Of a stretch of 64,000 nt of DNA, positions 59,710-64,000 are shown piece after piece. The notes under the pieces were generated by a model. That model made no database searches. It worked only from the letters and a program-made list of their open reading frames with translations, and had not been told where the DNA came from. The DNA comes from an uncultured Gemmatimonadales bacterium (GTDB taxonomy: Bacteria; Gemmatimonadota; Gemmatimonadetes; Gemmatimonadales; GWC2-71-9). How positions within the stretch are numbered: position 1 is the first letter of the stretch; each line of letters opens with the position of its first letter. The DNA is taken from positions 352,001-416,000 of the forward strand of contig CAWCFX010000004.1 in the NCBI GenBank assembly GCA_963795085.1, in the 5' to 3' direction. The position numbers were made by a program, and so were the translations under genes.

Positions 59710-61909
59710 GCTCCAGCGCCCCGCGGCGGCCGCAGGGAACCCCGCCATGCTGGCCGAGGTCCGGGCCGGGCTGGCCATGCCGCAGAAAGAACTCTCTCCC
59801 AAGTATTTCTACGATGCCCGCGGCTCCGAGCTGTTCGAGGAGATCACCGCGCTCGAGGAGTACTATCCGACCCGCACCGAGCGGGCGCTGTTGCGCCACC
59901 TGATGCCCTCTATCGCGCGGGAGACCCGGGCGGCCGCCCTGGTGGAACTGGGGGCCGGGAGCGCCGAGAAGAGCCGGATCATCCTGGATGCGATGCGGGA
60001 AGCCGGAACCCTCCAGGCCTGCATCCCTATCGATGTCAGCGCTGAATTCCTGGCCCGGACCGCTCGCCGGCTGCGGCAGGAGTACCCGGGCACCCGGGTC
60101 AGCCCGGCGGTCGCCGATATCACGGCGGCGCTCAATCTGCCGGTCTTTCCCCGCCCCGCGCTGTTCGCCTTCCTGGGCAGCACCATCGGGAACTTCGAGG
60201 ACGGCCCGGCGATCGCCCTGCTCAAGCGGGTCGCGGCGGCCATGCAGCCCGGCGACTGTTTCCTCCTGGGCGCGGACCTCGTCAAGGAGCGGCCGGTGCT
60301 GGAAGCCGCCTACAACGATGCCCGGGGAGTGACGGCCCGGTTCAATCTCAACATCCTGCGGGTCCTGAACCGGGAGCTGGGCAGCAACTTCGACGAGGCC
60401 GGGTTCCGCCACGAGGCCTTCTTCAACCCGGCGCAGTCGCGGATCGAGATGCACCTCATCGCCGGGGCGCGGCAGGTCGTGGAGATTCCCGGCCTGGGTG
60501 AGGTCCGCTTCCGCGCGGGCGAGACCATCCGCACCGAGATCAGCCGCAAGTTTACCCGCAGTGTGCTGGACGAGATGTTCGGCGAGGCGGGTCTCGCCAT
60601 CCAACGGTGGGATACCGATCCCCGGGGCTGGTACGCTCTCCTGACGGCGACCCTCGCGCAGCCGCGGCGTCGGCGGTGGATCACCGGGCGGGGACGCCGC
60701 GTGGCGGAGCTTCGGGATGACCTCCGGATCCGAGCCTTCGGGCTGGGCCGGGGCGGTGACGGCCCGGTGCCCGGTCGCATTGGGGTCGAAGTGGAGTTGA
60801 TCGCGCTCCGCGCCGGGGACCGGAAGCCGTGCCCCATCGAGGGCGCGGACCTGCACTCGCTCGGTTTTCTCCGGGCGTACGGCGGCCCGCTCGGCTGGGT
60901 CAGCGAGCGTTCGCCCAAGGGGACGCCGCAATTCCTGCTGCCGGGGCAGGGGACCCTCACGTTCGAACCGGGCGGACAACTGGAATTCAGTTCCGAGCCG
61001 GCATTGAGCGCCACCGGGGCATTGAGCACGCTGCGAGCCGTGGTGCCGCCTCTCATCGCGGCGGCAGGTGCCGCCGGCATCCAGCTGCTGGAGGCGGGGA
61101 TAGATCCGGTCAACGGCATTGAGGATGCCCCCCTCCAGCTCAAGGCCAACCGCTACGCCCGCATGGCGGAGTACTTCGCCGGGATCGGGCCGGCGGGCGC
61201 CCGCATGATGCGGCAGACCGCGGCCTTCCACTTGAACCTGGATTTTGGCGGGGAAAACATGCTGCGTTGGCGGGTGCTGAACGCGGCGGCGCCCTACCTG
61301 ACCGCGATCTTCGCGAACTCCCGCCGCTACGCCGGCGAACTGACGTCCGCCGCGAGCAACCGTGCGCTGGCGTGGCGGGGGCTCGACCTGGCCCGGACCG
61401 GCGTGCTGCCGGCCGGACCGGTGGCCGAGGACGAGTACCTGGATTTCGCGCTCGGCGCCCCCGCCATGTTGCTGGATCCGGTCGAGGGCCGCTACCCAGC
61501 CTTCGGAGAGTGCTGGGCGGCGGAACGGGTCACGCTGCACCAGTGGCACGAACACCTGACTACGCTGTTTCCCGAGGTCCGGCCCCGGGGCTACCTGGAA
61601 GTGCGGTGTATCGACGCGATGCCGTTCGAGTGGTACGCCGCGCCGGTCGCCCTGCTGGCGGGGCTCCTTTATGACCGCGCGACCCTGATCGCGGCCGACG
61701 ACCTGCTGGGATCGCCCCGTCCCGACCTGCTCGGCCGCGCCGCGTCAGCGGGGCTGGCAGATCCCGACATCGGCCGGCTGGCGCCGGACCTGTTCGCCCT
61801 CGGGCTGGAAGGGGCCGCGGCGCTGGGTGAAACGTTCCTGGCGCGAGCGGATCTCGAGCAGGCCCGCGAGTTTGCCGGCCGGTTTACCCAGCGGGGCAGG
61901 ACCCTCTGA
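59702..61909 (+). CDS. Fusion of histidine N-alpha-trimethyltransferase EgtD and glutamate-cysteine ligase EgtA
   Basis: N-half PKYFYDARGSELF, YYPTRTE, ELGAGS, GSTIGN, AYNDARG, RTEISRKF; C-half IGVEVE, TFEPGGQLEFS, MMRQTA, FANS, HLTTLFPEVRPRGYLEVR; no stop between the halves. Confidence 0.85.
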   Translation: MDKLQRPAAAAGNPAMLAEVRAGLAMPQKELSPKYFYDARGSELFEEITALEEYYPTRTERALLRHLMPSIARETRAAALVELGAGSAEKSRIILDAMREAGTLQACIPIDVSAEFLARTARRLRQEYPGTRVSPAVADITAALNLPVFPRPALFAFLGSTIGNFEDGPAIALLKRVAAAMQPGDCFLLGADLVKERPVLEAAYNDARGVTARFNLNILRVLNRELGSNFDEAGFRHEAFFNPAQSRIEMHLIAGARQVVEIPGLGEVRFRAGETIRTEISRKFTRSVLDEMFGEAGLAIQRWDTDPRGWYALLTATLAQPRRRRWITGRGRRVAELRDDLRIRAFGLGRGGDGPVPGRIGVEVELIALRAGDRKPCPIEGADLHSLGFLRAYGGPLGWVSERSPKGTPQFLLPGQGTLTFEPGGQLEFSSEPALSATGALSTLRAVVPPLIAAAGAAGIQLLEAGIDPVNGIEDAPLQLKANRYARMAEYFAGIGPAGARMMRQTAAFHLNLDFGGENMLRWRVLNAAAPYLTAIFANSRRYAGELTSAASNRALAWRGLDLARTGVLPAGPVAEDEYLDFALGAPAMLLDPVEGRYPAFGECWAAERVTLHQWHEHLTTLFPEVRPRGYLEVRCIDAMPFEWYAAPVALLAGLLYDRATLIAADDLLGSPRPDLLGRAASAGLADPDIGRLAPDLFALGLEGAAALGETFLARADLEQAREFAGRFTQRGRTL

Positions 61910-62042
61910 CTTCTCTACCTCCGGGGAGGAGACTAGGTTGGTGGGCGCGGAGGCCAGGCCGCCATGCGCCACTTGCGGCCGGCCAGCAGCCGTCAGCCCG
62001 GGCCCATCCTCCGTCCTGAACCGACCTTTTCCTCCTGGTGCG

Positions 62043-62972
62043 ATGCGTAAATTTCTGCTCTGGCTCTCCGAACGTCCGGGCATTTTCAATTTCATAAAGC
62101 GGAATGGGCTGGCTCGTCGTTTCGCGTCCCGGTTCGTTGCCGGGGAGAACGTGGAAACGGCCATTGCCGCCGTGCGTGAAATCAACAAGAAGGACATCTC
62201 CGCGTCGCTGGACCTGCTGGGCGAGAGCGTTTCCAGGGAAAGCGATGCGGCGCACGCCCGGGACGAGTACCTGGGTATGCTGGAGCGGATCAGCGAGACC
62301 GGGGTCAACTCCAACGTCTCGCTCAAGCTCACCCAGATGGGCTTCGACATCTCGGAGGATGTCTGCCTCGCCAACATACGGGCGATCCTGGACCGGGCCC
62401 GGGCGCTGAACACGTTCGTCCGGATCGACATGGAAAGCTCGGCCTACACCCAGCGGACGCTGGATTTTTTTTATGACCGGCTGGGTCCCGACTATCAGCC
62501 GGTGACCGGGGTGGTGATCCAGTCCTGTCTTCGCCGCTCGGAGAAAGACATCGCGGATCTGGTCCAGCGCCAGGTCCGGGTCCGGATCTGCAAGGGGGCC
62601 TACCTCGAGCCGGCGGAGGTCGCCTTCCCCGACAAGTCCGACGTGGACCGTAATTATGTGACCCTGATGGAACGGCTGATGGAGTTCGGCAATTACCCCG
62701 GCATCGCCACCCACGATGAGACCATCATCGAGCACGCCAGGGAGTTCGCGCGGCGCAAGAACATTCCCGTCGAGCGCTATGAATTTCAGATGCTCTACGG
62801 GGTGCGCCGGGACCTCCAGGAGAAGCTCCGCAAGGCCGGCTATAACATGCGGGTATACATCCCCTTCGGGAGCCAGTGGTACCCCTATCTCATGCGCCGG
62901 CTGGCGGAGCGGCCCGCGAACATCGCCTTCATGCTGGGGAACATCATGAAGGAGTCGGTGCGGGGACGGTGA
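62043..62972 (+). CDS. Monofunctional proline dehydrogenase
   Basis: RFVAGE, LDLLGE, SLKLTQ, IDME, RICKGAY, IATHD, FQMLYG, YLMRRLAERP. Confidence 0.92.
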   Translation: MRKFLLWLSERPGIFNFIKRNGLARRFASRFVAGENVETAIAAVREINKKDISASLDLLGESVSRESDAAHARDEYLGMLERISETGVNSNVSLKLTQMGFDISEDVCLANIRAILDRARALNTFVRIDMESSAYTQRTLDFFYDRLGPDYQPVTGVVIQSCLRRSEKDIADLVQRQVRVRICKGAYLEPAEVAFPDKSDVDRNYVTLMERLMEFGNYPGIATHDETIIEHAREFARRKNIPVERYEFQMLYGVRRDLQEKLRKAGYNMRVYIPFGSQWYPYLMRRLAERPANIAFMLGNIMKESVRGR

Positions 62973-63283
62973 GCGAGGTCACGCTGGGCGGGTACATGGC
63001 CAAGCATGAGCGGGCGGCCGCCTTTACGGGCAGCGACGGCCAGCCCTACTCGGTGGGCATTTACCTTCCCGAGGATCCCAACGAGCGCGGCCTTTACGGG
63101 GCCGCGCTTCTGTTTGTGCGATGGTCGCCCCAGGGAGACCGGCCGGTGGGGCACGTGGAGACCGCGGTGCTCACCTGGGGCGCCACCCCGGAAGAAGCCG
63201 AGGGGCGGATCAAGAACCTGTCATTGTACGATGTCAAGGCGGCGCTTGACGAGGCGATAGCGGCGGCGCCGGGAGAGTGGTGA
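62969..63283 (+). CDS. Hypothetical protein, translationally coupled to proline dehydrogenase
   Basis: GTGA overlap; TLGGYMAKHERAAAFTGSDGQPYSV. Confidence 0.7.
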   Translation: MSEVTLGGYMAKHERAAAFTGSDGQPYSVGIYLPEDPNERGLYGAALLFVRWSPQGDRPVGHVETAVLTWGATPEEAEGRIKNLSLYDVKAALDEAIAAAPGEW

Positions 63284-63383
63284 GGGGAGTGAGAATTGAG
63301 AGAGGGGGCGCGGCCTCCATCGGTTTTCCCCGCCGTTCGGGTGAAGGGCCGGCGTCACTCGCCCGCTTTCCTGATGGAGGCAC

Positions 63384-64000
63384 ATGCACGTGAAGCCGGC
63401 ACCACTGACGCTCCGGGGCACCGTGCTCTCCCGGGACGGCTCCAACTACCGCGTGGCGACCCCCGCCGACGGGGAGGTGAAGGCCATCCTGCGCGGCAAG
63501 GTGAAGCGGGACGTGCCGCGGGTGGTGGTGGGGGACCGGGTGGAGCTGGACGGCGGCGGGGACGAGGGATACGGCATCGCCGCGGTGGAGGAGCGGCACT
63601 CCCTCCTGGAGCGGAGGATGCCGCATGGCCGGGGCGCCAAGCCGATCGCCGCCAACATCGATGAAGTCCTGGTGGTGACCGCCACCCGGGACCCGGCGCC
63701 GATCCCCCAGCTGCTCGACCGGCTGCTGGTCATTGCCGAGGTGAACAGCCTTCCCGCCGCCCTCCTGCTTAACAAGACCGATCTCGATCCCGGCGATGAA
63801 TTGGAGCGGAGGTTCGCGCGGGCCGGGTACCCGGTGCTCCGGGCCAGCGTCAAGCAGCAGGACGGGCTGGAGGCGATCCGCTCCCACCTGGCTGGACGAA
63901 TCACGGTGCTGACCGGCCCTTCGGGCGCCGGCAAGTCCAGCCTGGTCAACGCGCTGGAGCCGGACCGCCAGCTCCGGGTTGGCGCCATCAGCGAGCGCAG
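63384..64000 (+). CDS. rsgA: Ribosome small subunit-dependent GTPase A, 3' truncated by window
   Basis: Manual translation: VVVGDRV, AANIDEV, LDRLLV, NKTDL, GPSGAGKSSLVN (circularly permuted GTPase); GGAGG SD. Confidence 0.9.
   Translation, partial: MHVKPAPLTLRGTVLSRDGSNYRVATPADGEVKAILRGKVKRDVPRVVVGDRVELDGGGDEGYGIAAVEERHSLLERRMPHGRGAKPIAANIDEVLVVTATRDPAPIPQLLDRLLVIAEVNSLPAALLLNKTDLDPGDELERRFARAGYPVLRASVKQQDGLEAIRSHLAGRITVLTGPSGAGKSSLVNALEPDRQLRVGAISER

Overview
High-GC bacterial chromosomal window of about 55 CDS plus tRNA-Cys(GCA). The gene content (SusC/SusD pair, TolB/TPR Ser/Thr kinase, Ig-like lipoproteins, ECF/DUF4097 cluster) suggests Gemmatimonadota; this is an inference with no database check. 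Housekeeping and metabolic genes include tkt-tal, fused 2-oxoglutarate dehydrogenase, fadI-fadJ, glpD, gluQ, a dicarboxylate symporter, proline dehydrogenase and partial rsgA. Three things stand out. (1) A tightly packed minus-strand DNA-repair operon, topoisomerase IB - unknown (YaaA-like?) - Prim-PolC - LigC, with no Ku in the window; a second TopIB paralog about 5.5 kb away sits directly behind an N-terminally short Rho. (2) An ergothioneine locus with a single-ORF EgtD-EgtA fusion behind a type-I EgtB, divergent from msrB and a betaine-type (EgtUV-like) ABC importer. (3) About a dozen locus-specific arrays of short tandem repeats (mostly 7-9-nt units) that begin at or supply stop codons, are mostly G/purine-rich on the mRNA strand, and form mirror-image arrays between convergent genes. 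No CRISPR array, integrase or transposase was seen.
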